Position numbers and translations under genes: made by a program
The notes under the pieces: model-generated
Databases searched by the model: none
Seen by the model: the letters and a program-made list of their open reading frames with translations, nothing else
What the model was told of the DNA's origin: nothing
In this document: piece after piece, positions 1 through 8,953 of the stretch
Position numbering within the stretch: the first letter of the stretch is position 1
Layout of the letters: every line of letters starts with the position of its first letter
Assembly: GCA_038883655.1 (NCBI GenBank)
Contig: JAVZLQ010000004.1
Span: 96,001 to 160,000 of the forward strand
Length of the DNA stretch: 64,000 bases
Reading direction: 5' to 3'
From: Candidatus Bathyarchaeia archaeon
Lineage (GTDB): Archaea > Thermoproteota > Bathyarchaeia > Bathyarchaeales > Bathycorpusculaceae

Positions 1-1
1 A

Positions 2-1318
2 CAAATACAGGCAAGCCTAGCAAACGTAGAAGATGCGTCAGCCAATCTGGCAGAGAAAATTGAACAGCGAAAAACTACGGTTGAAGAGCTTAAAAAGCGT
101 CTAACATCTTTAGAAGCGCAAATTGAATCGCACAAGGCTAAACTTAAAGAGATTGGGATTTCTCCAAACCAGTCCACAGAAGAACTGCGACAATACCTAA
201 CCTATTTTGACGACCAAATTTCAAGTCTAAAAGCCGAGCAGGAATCCGCCCTAAAGGGCATTAAGGAAGACCAGAAGAGAGTTACGGAACTTTCAGCTGA
301 AAGCCGTTGCCCACTTTGCCTTCAACCTTTAAATGACGAATACAAGAGCGGCTTACTTCAGAGAATCCAAAACGCGAATGTTGAAAGGCAAAAAACCATA
401 AACACACTGCAAAACGAAATCGAAGAACTCCAACGCATAAAAATAATAGCAAGCAACGCCTTATCCAATCTGCAAACGCTTAACTTACAGTTAGAAAACT
501 TGAAGGCAAACATCAGTAGGGAAGAAGCATCTCTAGATGAGTTTACACGCGAATTCGAGGAAAAACAAAAGCTGGAAAAAGAACTCCGCCTTCAATTGGA
601 AGACATCCGAGCTGAAATTGGCAAATTTGACCTGTCACAACTGGAAAGCGCAAAAAGCCAAAGAGACGAAGCCTATAAGAGATTTGTCAGACTTGAATCT
701 GAACTCAAAACGAAGGAAAGCAGCAAAAGAGATTTGATGAAGCGCCTAGATGAGGCTAAAGAGCGAATAGACAACGCCCAGAAAAAGGTTGAACAAATAG
801 AGAAAATCGGGAAAATAATAGAAGTTATTGGCAACATACGCGATGCCTACCGCAGCATCCAACCAAAACTGAGAAGCGAATTCATAAGCATCCTAAGAAA
901 CTTCGTGCAGCAAATCCTAGACAACCTTGTCGGCGGGGAAGCACCGCTCCTAAACGTGATTATAGACGAAACATACACGCCATACGTCAAAAGCGAGAGC
1001 GGCGCTGAACGGGAAGTTTCAAACCTTTCTGGTGGAGAAAGAACGCTTATCGCCTTTGCTTATCGCTTAGGACTTGGACAGCTTATAATGCAGTCTAGGA
1101 CTGGTCATGGTTTGAGCATGCTACTACTTGACGAGCCAACCGAAAGCCTTGGAAGAGAAGATGGTTCTATAGACCGTTTGGCGGAGGCAATATCACGTTT
1201 AAAGGCTATAGAACAAATAATTGCCGTCACGCATAGCGAAGCCTTCGCAGAGAAAGCGGAACACGTGATAAGGCTTGAGAAGGAGGCTGGCGAAAGTAGG
1301 GTTTCTGTTGAAAAGTAG
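2..1318 (+). CDS. rad50: Rad50/SbcC-type SMC ATPase, 3' part (5' end outside window)
   Basis: The frame is open from base 2 (coiled coil). It contains the CPLC zinc hook near 308, the LSGGE signature, the LLLDEPT Walker B and the VTH H-loop. Confidence 0.9.
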   Translation, partial: QIQASLANVEDASANLAEKIEQRKTTVEELKKRLTSLEAQIESHKAKLKEIGISPNQSTEELRQYLTYFDDQISSLKAEQESALKGIKEDQKRVTELSAESRCPLCLQPLNDEYKSGLLQRIQNANVERQKTINTLQNEIEELQRIKIIASNALSNLQTLNLQLENLKANISREEASLDEFTREFEEKQKLEKELRLQLEDIRAEIGKFDLSQLESAKSQRDEAYKRFVRLESELKTKESSKRDLMKRLDEAKERIDNAQKKVEQIEKIGKIIEVIGNIRDAYRSIQPKLRSEFISILRNFVQQILDNLVGGEAPLLNVIIDETYTPYVKSESGAEREVSNLSGGERTLIAFAYRLGLGQLIMQSRTGHGLSMLLLDEPTESLGREDGSIDRLAEAISRLKAIEQIIAVTHSEAFAEKAEHVIRLEKEAGESRVSVEK

Positions 1319-1323
1319 CACGG

Positions 1324-1530
1324 TTGTATGACGGTGAGACAATGCTGCCGCCGAAAACAAGACTTTTCCTGCTAGCAATTGCTTTGGTAATTGTATTTGC
1401 TGTTTTGCTCTATTTGCTTGATGTGCACATTAAATTTGGATACTACACCTTCGCATTATTCGTGTCTATGATCACCATTTTTATCTGCGCTTTGTTTGCA
1501 AAAATAAAAGGTGGAGCACATTTTTATTAG
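1324..1530 (+). CDS. small membrane protein, 2 TM
   Basis: 68-aa ORF with two hydrophobic helices directly after rad50. Confidence 0.55.
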   Translation: MYDGETMLPPKTRLFLLAIALVIVFAVLLYLLDVHIKFGYYTFALFVSMITIFICALFAKIKGGAHFY

Positions 1531-1709
1531 CTAATAAAAAATCTGTTAGTTTCAGCTCAATATGCGCCGCTCCCTTCTACAACGCTGTTCCAATGTCGAC
1601 CCCCTATAATTTCCTCTGTTCACGGTTTCCACTTTTCAGCTCTTTTCCTTTTTAGAAGTAAACGTATAAATGTGATTTACACAAAAGCAAAGCGAAAAAG
1701 GGCGCGAGC

Positions 1710-2603
1710 ATGTGCACTAAGACAAGGAACAAGGCTGTAGCTGAAGGCATAGCTGCCGGAATCCTCTTTGGGACATCAGCCATCTTTACACGTTTTCTTG
1801 AAGGATTAGACGCATTTTCCATAACTTTCTGGCGTTTACTCATCGCAAGCCTAGCGCTGCTGGTAATAACCTTCATTTTCCATGCACCATTCGCTTTTAA
1901 CCTTATAATGAAAAACCTACGAGAGATTTTAGCGCTCAGCTTTTTCCTTAGTTTACACTTTATATTTTTCACGTCCGCAGTGAAAGACACAACCATACTG
2001 AACGCCACAGTTCTTGTTAACACAACGCCAATATTTTCCGCGGTTATCTCAATGTTAGTTTTCAGGCTTAAACCATCACGCCTCACAGTTTTAAGCTTAA
2101 CAGTCTCATTTATAGGAGTTTGTTTAATTGCTTATGCTGAAACGTCAAGTTTTCAGTCGGCAAGTTTTTCGCCAAATCTGAAAGGCGATTTGGAAGCAGC
2201 TTTTGCTGCCCTGCTCATAGCATTCTACCTAAATTATGGTAAGGCTCTACGCGGTAAAACTGACTTATCCACGTCTATTACTCCAATATACTTGTTTGCG
2301 GCGGTTTTGGCGCTTTTTCTCTGCTTAGCGATTATGGGCGCAGCACCTACACCTAAAAGTGTCGATGTAATGTTTTCTCTGCTCGGTTTGGGTTTAATTC
2401 CAACAGCGGCAGCCCATACGCTGTACTTTTCCTCACTTTCGAACTTAAAATCCTTTGAAGCTGCAACAATCGCGCTGCTTGAACCTATAGGTGCAACGTT
2501 GCTTGGCATAGCCCTATTTCAAGAAGTCCCCACGCACCTAACAGTTTTTGGGGCATTCTTAGTTTTAATCGGCGTGGCTTTTATTGCTAGACAAAAGGAA
2601 TAA
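1710..2603 (+). CDS. EamA/DMT family transporter
   Basis: About 10 TM, 297 aa, with DMT-type motifs (NTTPIF, LLEPIGATLLG..FQE). Confidence 0.9.
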   Translation: MCTKTRNKAVAEGIAAGILFGTSAIFTRFLEGLDAFSITFWRLLIASLALLVITFIFHAPFAFNLIMKNLREILALSFFLSLHFIFFTSAVKDTTILNATVLVNTTPIFSAVISMLVFRLKPSRLTVLSLTVSFIGVCLIAYAETSSFQSASFSPNLKGDLEAAFAALLIAFYLNYGKALRGKTDLSTSITPIYLFAAVLALFLCLAIMGAAPTPKSVDVMFSLLGLGLIPTAAAHTLYFSSLSNLKSFEAATIALLEPIGATLLGIALFQEVPTHLTVFGAFLVLIGVAFIARQKE

Positions 2604-2614
2604 AAATATAAATT

Positions 2615-3034
2615 GTGTATGTGTGCAAAAGCGAGTCGATGGCGATGGACGTTAGCGACAAAGTGGCAACAGCAATAGCATCAGCCTTAAGCTACCTAGA
2701 AAACTCGATCGACGCATTAAATAAGAAGGATTATGATGTGTTCGCCAAAAAAGTTTGGCATGTTGTGGCTGAACTTGAATACGCGCTTTTCTTGTTCTCC
2801 ATAATAATCCAAGATGATTTAGCTTCTAAGCTGAAGGCAGACCCGGATCCCAAAAAAGTTGAGCTTAATCAGATACTTATCGATGCAACCCATTTCTTAA
2901 AAAGCGCAGAAACACTTGTCAAGGCTGGAAACTTTTCGGATGCCTATGGAAATGTTCGCAATGCAAGAAATTACGTGCTAAAGGTTCAAGAGGAACTTTT
3001 AAAGAAAAGCCGTGAAGAATCCAAAAAGCAATAA
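2615..3034 (+). CDS. hypothetical helical-bundle protein
   Basis: 139-aa ORF filling the gap, amphipathic helices. The real start may be a few codons downstream. Confidence 0.65.
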   Translation: MYVCKSESMAMDVSDKVATAIASALSYLENSIDALNKKDYDVFAKKVWHVVAELEYALFLFSIIIQDDLASKLKADPDPKKVELNQILIDATHFLKSAETLVKAGNFSDAYGNVRNARNYVLKVQEELLKKSREESKKQ

Positions 3035-3039
3035 CTTGC

Positions 3040-3327
3040 TTATTCTTCCTCTTCGGGGATTTTCCTTCCTTTGACAATTAGGGAGTTTTCCGCACCGCCT
3101 ATAACTCTGTAATAGTCTTTAAGCTCTTTTTGGTGTAGGAACTTTTTAAGGAGCACTCGAAGGTATTTTCTGGAGATGTCGTCTCCTTCAATGCTTATGG
3201 CGTCTGCTAGCGTTTCAACACTCGCCTTCGTTTTCTCTCTCAGAAAATCTGCAAGTTCTTTAATCACGTCGCCGCCCTCAACCTTTAATTCCGAAACATC
3301 CACTTTCACTTCAACCATAGTTTTCAC
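3040..3327 (-). CDS. rpl22e: eukaryote-type large ribosomal protein eL22 homolog
   Basis: SRKYLRVLLKKFLHQKELKDYYRVI...EEEE aligns by eye with the eL22 motif [25 protein letters not shown] and its acidic tail. Confidence 0.75.
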   Translation of the reverse strand: MKTMVEVKVDVSELKVEGGDVIKELADFLREKTKASVETLADAISIEGDDISRKYLRVLLKKFLHQKELKDYYRVIGGAENSLIVKGRKIPEEEE

Positions 3328-3328
3328 C

Positions 3329-3988
3329 TCACTTCCTAACCATTATAACCCTAACTTGGTCACATGCATCTTCACACGCGTCTGCAATCATCTCTATGGC
3401 CTCGAAAAGCTGACTTGCTAAAATAGCTATCCCAGCCTTTGGAAATTCTTCCTTGCCGAGAAGTTTTCTAGCCTTTTCATGTAAATCATCAACTTTTTCC
3501 TCTTCCCGTTCCACCTCGTCTGCTGCTTGGAGCGCTTCTTCTGGCTTAACCATAATTTTGTTTACGCATTTCTGAAGTGAAATTGCGCAGCCCTTGACGC
3601 TTTTAACCATTTCAATAAACTCCTCCTTAATGGAAGTTGGCAGTTGCTCCATTGGTATCGCGCCAAGAACTCTTGTTGATTCGCGACTCCAGTCTGCAAC
3701 CATGTCGACTCTCTTGACCAAATCCATTAGGTCAGCTCTATCTACTGGCGAAAGTTCTCCCTTTGAAATTTCATCCATAACTTTCCTCCGAAGCGTGTCT
3801 GCTTCTCTCTCGCTACTTGTCACCCTGTCAATGCAAACTTGCGTCTCTTTGGCGTCTCCTTTTATCGCAGCCATTATTGCCTTCTCTAAATCCTCAACTA
3901 TGCCCGTTGTTAGGGCTAAGTGCCGCTGTATAGTTGCCAAAGCTTTCGATTCTCTTCTTTTCTCAAACCATTTTATTAGTTCACTCAA
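3329..3988 (-). CDS. DUF47/PhoU-like phosphate transport regulator
   Basis: Duplicated E..AD/E.VD.L helices (EREADTLRR, DMVAD, EEKVDDL, EMIADACED). Confidence 0.88.
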   Translation of the reverse strand: MSELIKWFEKRRESKALATIQRHLALTTGIVEDLEKAIMAAIKGDAKETQVCIDRVTSSEREADTLRRKVMDEISKGELSPVDRADLMDLVKRVDMVADWSRESTRVLGAIPMEQLPTSIKEEFIEMVKSVKGCAISLQKCVNKIMVKPEEALQAADEVEREEEKVDDLHEKARKLLGKEEFPKAGIAILASQLFEAIEMIADACEDACDQVRVIMVRK

Positions 3989-5084
3989 CGGATATCTCCT
4001 CCTTCAAACCAGCCTCTGGATACATGAACGCAAATGCCTTTTCTGATGGGACGGTTACGGTTACTTTTTCTCCCATGTTAAACCACTCCTCAGTCATTGA
4101 TGGCTTGATTATAACGATAGAGTCTTGATTTTCAAGTCTGACGTCATACCTTATATTTGTTCCTTCAAACGTGATTCTCTCAATCACGCCCAAAACGGTG
4201 TTTTTCCCCTTGCTCTCTCCCTTCTTAACAATGAATACTTCTGGTCTTACTGCTAAGAGCGCTCTCTCCCCCTTCCTTACCCCCTTGTTGAGCGCTTGCA
4301 CCCTTATTCCACCTCGTAGCTCTATGGAGGCTGTTTTTTCATTCACACCCAAAGCATACCCTTCAAGAAAGTTTGATTCTCCAATAAAATGAGCCACAAA
4401 TATGCTCTGTGGGTTTAGGTAAAGCTCAGAAGGAGTGCCAACTTGCAAAACCTTCCCCTTCTTCATAACAGCAATTCTATCCGAAATCGCCATAGCTTCT
4501 GCTTGGTCATGAGTCACGTGTATAGCCGTTAACTCCAAATCTTTCGCCATCCTCCTAATCTCATAACGTAACTCGTTCCTAACTTTGGCATCCAACTGCC
4601 CTAAAGGCTCGTCTAAAAGCAGCAGTTTGGCTCCAGCGGCCAACGCTCTTGCAACGGCTATTCGCTGCATCATCCCACCACTTAACTCGTGTGGAAAAGC
4701 GTCTAAACGCTCATGAAGCCTAACCATTTCAAGAACCTCATGTCCAATAGTTTCAGCCTTCTTCATGTCAAAACCCTTCACTCGCGGACCATAAGTCACG
4801 TTATCCCAAGCAGTCATATGCGGAAAAAGGGCAAACGTCTGAAAAACAAAACCTATATCTCTATCCTCAGGCGGCACATCGTTGACTAGCCTGTCTCCAA
4901 TGTAAATTTCGCCTTCATCCGGTTGGATCAACCCAGCAATAAGCCGCAGAAGCGTAGTTTTCCCACAGCCACTTGGACCCAAAAGCGAAAAATACTCCCT
5001 ATCGCGGATGTGGAGGCTGACATTGTCAACGGCAACTATTTTTCCAAACCTTTTTGTAACGTTGACGAGACGGACGTCAGGCAT
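3981..5084 (-). CDS. ABC transporter ATPase (PotA/FbpC/ThiQ type, TOBE tail)
   Basis: GPSGCGKT Walker A, LSGG signature, LLLLDEP Walker B, VTHDQ. Confidence 0.95.
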   Translation of the reverse strand: MPDVRLVNVTKRFGKIVAVDNVSLHIRDREYFSLLGPSGCGKTTLLRLIAGLIQPDEGEIYIGDRLVNDVPPEDRDIGFVFQTFALFPHMTAWDNVTYGPRVKGFDMKKAETIGHEVLEMVRLHERLDAFPHELSGGMMQRIAVARALAAGAKLLLLDEPLGQLDAKVRNELRYEIRRMAKDLELTAIHVTHDQAEAMAISDRIAVMKKGKVLQVGTPSELYLNPQSIFVAHFIGESNFLEGYALGVNEKTASIELRGGIRVQALNKGVRKGERALLAVRPEVFIVKKGESKGKNTVLGVIERITFEGTNIRYDVRLENQDSIVIIKPSMTEEWFNMGEKVTVTVPSEKAFAFMYPEAGLKEEISVE

Positions 5085-5149
5085 GCTCCTTCACTTCGCC
5101 TAAACCAGCGTAAGAGAGAATGTATAATTTAAGCGCTATATTAGGCATA

Positions 5150-6820
5150 CTAGTATCTCCCTTCCCCCTTAACGGAAAGTCTCAAAGTTAGAAGAATTAT
5201 GAAAGAGAACAATACCAAAAAGCCGCATCCCAAACCTATTTCTAATGGCGTAACAGAAACCACGCCCTTAACCCACTCAACAAGCACAACTGGTGCTGTC
5301 TTCAGCGAAGTAACAGCCAATGTTGCACCAGTTTCGCTAACACTTCTTGTGAAAACCATTATGGCTCCAGAAAACATGGAGTACTTAGTTAATGGAAATA
5401 TAATCGTTCTAAAAACGCATAATGGCTTGGCTCCCAAGGTTCTTGAGGCGTCCTCCAACTCTATGCTTATCCTTTCAACAGCCGCCGCCATTGCCCTCAC
5501 AAAATATGGGTAAGTGATCGCTAAGTGCGCAAAAATCAGCAACCATAAATCTGGAATGAACTGCATAGCTTCTTTCCAAAAGAACTTTAAAGAAACGCCC
5601 AAAGCTATTGATGGCACAACAATCGGAACATTCACAAGCACGTCCAGCAACGTTGAAACTAACATTCCAAATTTTTTCCTTGCAATCATTATAGCCACCG
5701 GCAATCCCATAATAATATTCAGAAGCGTAGCCACAGCTCCGACAGAATATGAAAGAACTATGCTCTGCCAATAAACACCCCAGTGTTCGCTTGCTCCAGA
5801 AAGCGCATCCCACAAGGTTGGAGTGAAAACCGCTTGAAAGGCCGGAAACGCAACGAAAAGTGATGGAATAAGAACTATGCCCAGAAAAACCGTTAATGTC
5901 ACAGCGTTTCTTGTGGACGCGGCAGATGAGTAACTCAACTTTCTTTCGACAGACGGCCAAACCCTTTTTACAGGCATCTTTAGCTTAGGCCCTAAAGCGC
6001 GGATTATGGCGAAAATGATGCATGATACCACTATAAGTATGAAGCTTGCTAGAACGGTTGCTCCTTCATAAAGTGGCGGGTTGGTTGTTGAAAAGTCGTT
6101 TTTCATGTTCTGGATAAATACGGGGCCATTTTCGAAAGCTCCAGCGACCATCATCGTCGCACCAGTTTCCGAAATTGACCTTGAAAAAGCAAGTATAAAA
6201 GCCGCTATCAACGAGGGTTTAATTATCGAAAGCGTAACCGTCCTAGCAGCTATGAACGGTGGTGCTCCAAGAGTCCTTGAAGCCTGCTCGTACTCCATCT
6301 TATAGTCAAGCAGTGCTCCAACGATTACCCTAACGACAACCGGATAAGAGAATGTGAAGTGAAGCAGTACAACGAGAAGCCAACCTTTCGATATTAGGGA
6401 ACCTCCAAAAATGGTTGAATCACTCCAAAAGAGCAGAAGCGAATATCCAAGTGCTGCTGTTGGCACAATGAATGGTATGTCACATAAAGTGTCAAGCACG
6501 TTAAGCCACTTTGATTTTCCGCGGGCTACAAGCCACGCCATGGGAAGCCCAGCAACAACATCAACAACCGAAACAAGTACGGCAATTATGAAGGAATTTT
6601 GAATCGCATTAAGCGCTCTCGCAACAATTTCTGGCTGCTCCAAGACACGTTGAATCGAGTTCCACTTAATTATTATTCCAAGCATTGGCGGCAACAAAAT
6701 CAACGCAAAAAACAAAGCGACAGCAATCGAGTAAACCACATACCTAACAGCCCTTCGCGCCGAAAGCCCTTCCAAAGTTTCCACAAGCTTCTTAGGCAAA
6801 CTTTCCCCGCCCAACTTCAC
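5150..6820 (-). CDS. ABC permease, duplicated-domain Fe3+/thiamine (FbpB/ThiP) type
   Basis: Two EAA-loop repeats (EQASRTLGA, EDASRTLGA), two SETGAT motifs, about 12 TM. Confidence 0.9.
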   Translation of the reverse strand: MKLGGESLPKKLVETLEGLSARRAVRYVVYSIAVALFFALILLPPMLGIIIKWNSIQRVLEQPEIVARALNAIQNSFIIAVLVSVVDVVAGLPMAWLVARGKSKWLNVLDTLCDIPFIVPTAALGYSLLLFWSDSTIFGGSLISKGWLLVVLLHFTFSYPVVVRVIVGALLDYKMEYEQASRTLGAPPFIAARTVTLSIIKPSLIAAFILAFSRSISETGATMMVAGAFENGPVFIQNMKNDFSTTNPPLYEGATVLASFILIVVSCIIFAIIRALGPKLKMPVKRVWPSVERKLSYSSAASTRNAVTLTVFLGIVLIPSLFVAFPAFQAVFTPTLWDALSGASEHWGVYWQSIVLSYSVGAVATLLNIIMGLPVAIMIARKKFGMLVSTLLDVLVNVPIVVPSIALGVSLKFFWKEAMQFIPDLWLLIFAHLAITYPYFVRAMAAAVERISIELEDASRTLGAKPLCVFRTIIFPLTKYSMFSGAIMVFTRSVSETGATLAVTSLKTAPVVLVEWVKGVVSVTPLEIGLGCGFLVLFSFIILLTLRLSVKGEGRY

Positions 6821-6941
6821 CCGCTAAATTTCTAAATGTTGATTCCTTTCTCATTCGCCTTCTGCACTGATAAATTTTCCTTAGAAAAGGTGCTGGTTCG
6901 CCCATATTATGTTTTATTTAGCAACCTTGTTGTGCTATTTT

Positions 6942-6960
6942 TTATCATATCATATGATAA
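6942..6960. promoter_or_regulatory. 19-bp palindrome, candidate operator
   Basis: TTATCATAT-C-ATATGATAA is a perfect inverted repeat in the intergenic region upstream of the ABC operon. Confidence 0.35.
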
Positions 6961-7089
6961 GGATGATCTTTCCAATATCAAAGGCTTACTCAAGATTTAG
7001 GTATTATAATAATATAGCTAATGAATACCAAGACAAAATTAGGTAACTATAAACCGTATAAAATGTCAAAAGAGGAGTATTAAAGGACT

Positions 7090-8829
7090 CTAGTAAAGAG
7101 GTATTTTCGAAGAGGATTGGCTTCGGATTTTCGCTCGTAACCATCCCCACGGAGGATATTCTCTTTTATCTGTTAACACGTCAACAATTGCAGGCTTGCC
7201 ACATTCAAATGCCTGCTTAATTGCGTCGGCAATCTCTCCCGGCCTTTCAACTCGCACTCCGTAACAGCCAAAAGCTTCTGCGATTTTTGCATAATCAAGT
7301 TCTCCTAAATCGCAACAGCTGATCTTTGGAATTTCTGGAGAGGAGAGGTCATCGAAGTATGGTCTCCCTTGGGCAAATGAAGAATTATTATTGACAACAA
7401 TGACCAATGGTACACGTTTATCGTTATACCGCTTTGCAGTTTCCAAATCAGCAAGGTTGTAAGCTATGCCCCCATCTCCAATCAGATTCAAGACCCTCTG
7501 GTCTTCTTCAGCTCCAAAAGAGGCGCCAATAGCCATAGCAAAACTGGAACCTAACGTTCCACCACACGAAATATAAGTTAGGCCGGTCCCTTTTAACTTC
7601 AAGAAACGCGTTGTCCAACATATCATGTGACCTGTATCGCTGACAACTATATCTTTTGGCTTAAGAACCTTTGATACTTCTTTCATCAAACGCTGCGGCT
7701 TAATCGGAATACTATCAGAATTAACCATGTGCTTAACTGTGTCTTCATACTCCTTCAATGCCTTTGCTATTGCCTGAAGCCTTGCGTTATCCTTTTTGGG
7801 TTTTTTCACCATTTCTTTGAGGACGCTTATTAACTCTCGTAAGGTTACTTTTGCGTCACCTACTAAAGGAACGTCAGCTTTATAATTTCTACCAATGGCG
7901 ACGGGATCTATATCTAAGTGAATAATTTTTGGTACACATGGTTCTGGGGCTGTTAAATCGTCTGTTTCGTGGCTGCCAGCCCTCGTTGCCACAAAAAAGA
8001 CAACGTCAGCCTCTCTAAGGATTCTATTGGCTACCTCGCTCCCATAAGAACCGGGTACTCCCACGTATAAGGGGTGATCTTCTGGAAAACACCCTTTTCC
8101 TCTATAATTTACAGCAACAGGTATTGATAATAACTCTGCTAATTCTCTTACTTCATCATACGCACCAGATAAGTGAACACCTGAACCACAGAACATTACT
8201 GGCCTTTCAGCTGACACTAGCAGTTTCGCAGCTTCAACTATTTTTTCATGTTCCGCCTTAGGCCTAAATGGTGGAACTTTAAAGAAAGTTGGATCTCCGT
8301 ATATTTCTGGCATTTCAGCAGTCGCCCCGGCCATGTCAAGGTGAATGTTTACGTGAACTGGACCTGGACACCCACTTACAGCTATTTGAACTGCAGTGCG
8401 TATGTATTCAGCAATTCTGCTGACATCAGTGACGTCTACATTGAATTTGCAAGTTGATTCAAAGTACGGCATTTCATAGCATTCTTGATAGCGCCATGTA
8501 TCCTTTTCTTTCGTTGGTATAGAACCTGTTAATGCCAAAACTGGACTATGACAATACATGGCTTCATATAGCATTGACGCAAGGATCGCGGCTGCAGCTC
8601 CATGTTGAGCGTAACACGCTGAAGGTTTTCTCGTGACTCTGGAGAAGCCATCAGCCATGTTACATGCTGCTTTCTCGTTTCGGCATAATATCATATTGAT
8701 GCCTTCCTTTTCAATCACTGGAAACATTCTTGTCATGCCGCCCATGACATAAAAGAAGTAATCGACGCCGCATGCTGAAAGGGCTTTAGCTACCGTTTCT
8801 GCACCACTTAGCTTAATTTTTTTGACCAT
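7090..8829 (-). CDS. TPP-dependent enzyme, acetolactate synthase large subunit-like
   Basis: RNEKAACNMADG catalytic Glu region, GPVHV, and the GDG...NN TPP motif (IGDGG...NNNSS). Confidence 0.92.
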   Translation of the reverse strand: MVKKIKLSGAETVAKALSACGVDYFFYVMGGMTRMFPVIEKEGINMILCRNEKAACNMADGFSRVTRKPSACYAQHGAAAAILASMLYEAMYCHSPVLALTGSIPTKEKDTWRYQECYEMPYFESTCKFNVDVTDVSRIAEYIRTAVQIAVSGCPGPVHVNIHLDMAGATAEMPEIYGDPTFFKVPPFRPKAEHEKIVEAAKLLVSAERPVMFCGSGVHLSGAYDEVRELAELLSIPVAVNYRGKGCFPEDHPLYVGVPGSYGSEVANRILREADVVFFVATRAGSHETDDLTAPEPCVPKIIHLDIDPVAIGRNYKADVPLVGDAKVTLRELISVLKEMVKKPKKDNARLQAIAKALKEYEDTVKHMVNSDSIPIKPQRLMKEVSKVLKPKDIVVSDTGHMICWTTRFLKLKGTGLTYISCGGTLGSSFAMAIGASFGAEEDQRVLNLIGDGGIAYNLADLETAKRYNDKRVPLVIVVNNNSSFAQGRPYFDDLSSPEIPKISCCDLGELDYAKIAEAFGCYGVRVERPGEIADAIKQAFECGKPAIVDVLTDKREYPPWGWLRAKIRSQSSSKIPLY

Positions 8830-8953
8830 GTGTCATTTGATTTTTATGTATCTTTTTTAAACTTTTCGATAATTCTCGGGCAAGGATAATGACGAAGAAA
8901 GATTTTTAAAGATGCATGGCGCCTTTCATCCCTTTAAGAGGAGCAAGGACAAA

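Noticed and set aside
1550-1645. 26-codon minus-strand ORF between TTTCAGCTC direct repeats
   Set aside because: Too short with no motif; the 9-bp repeat is compatible with chance.
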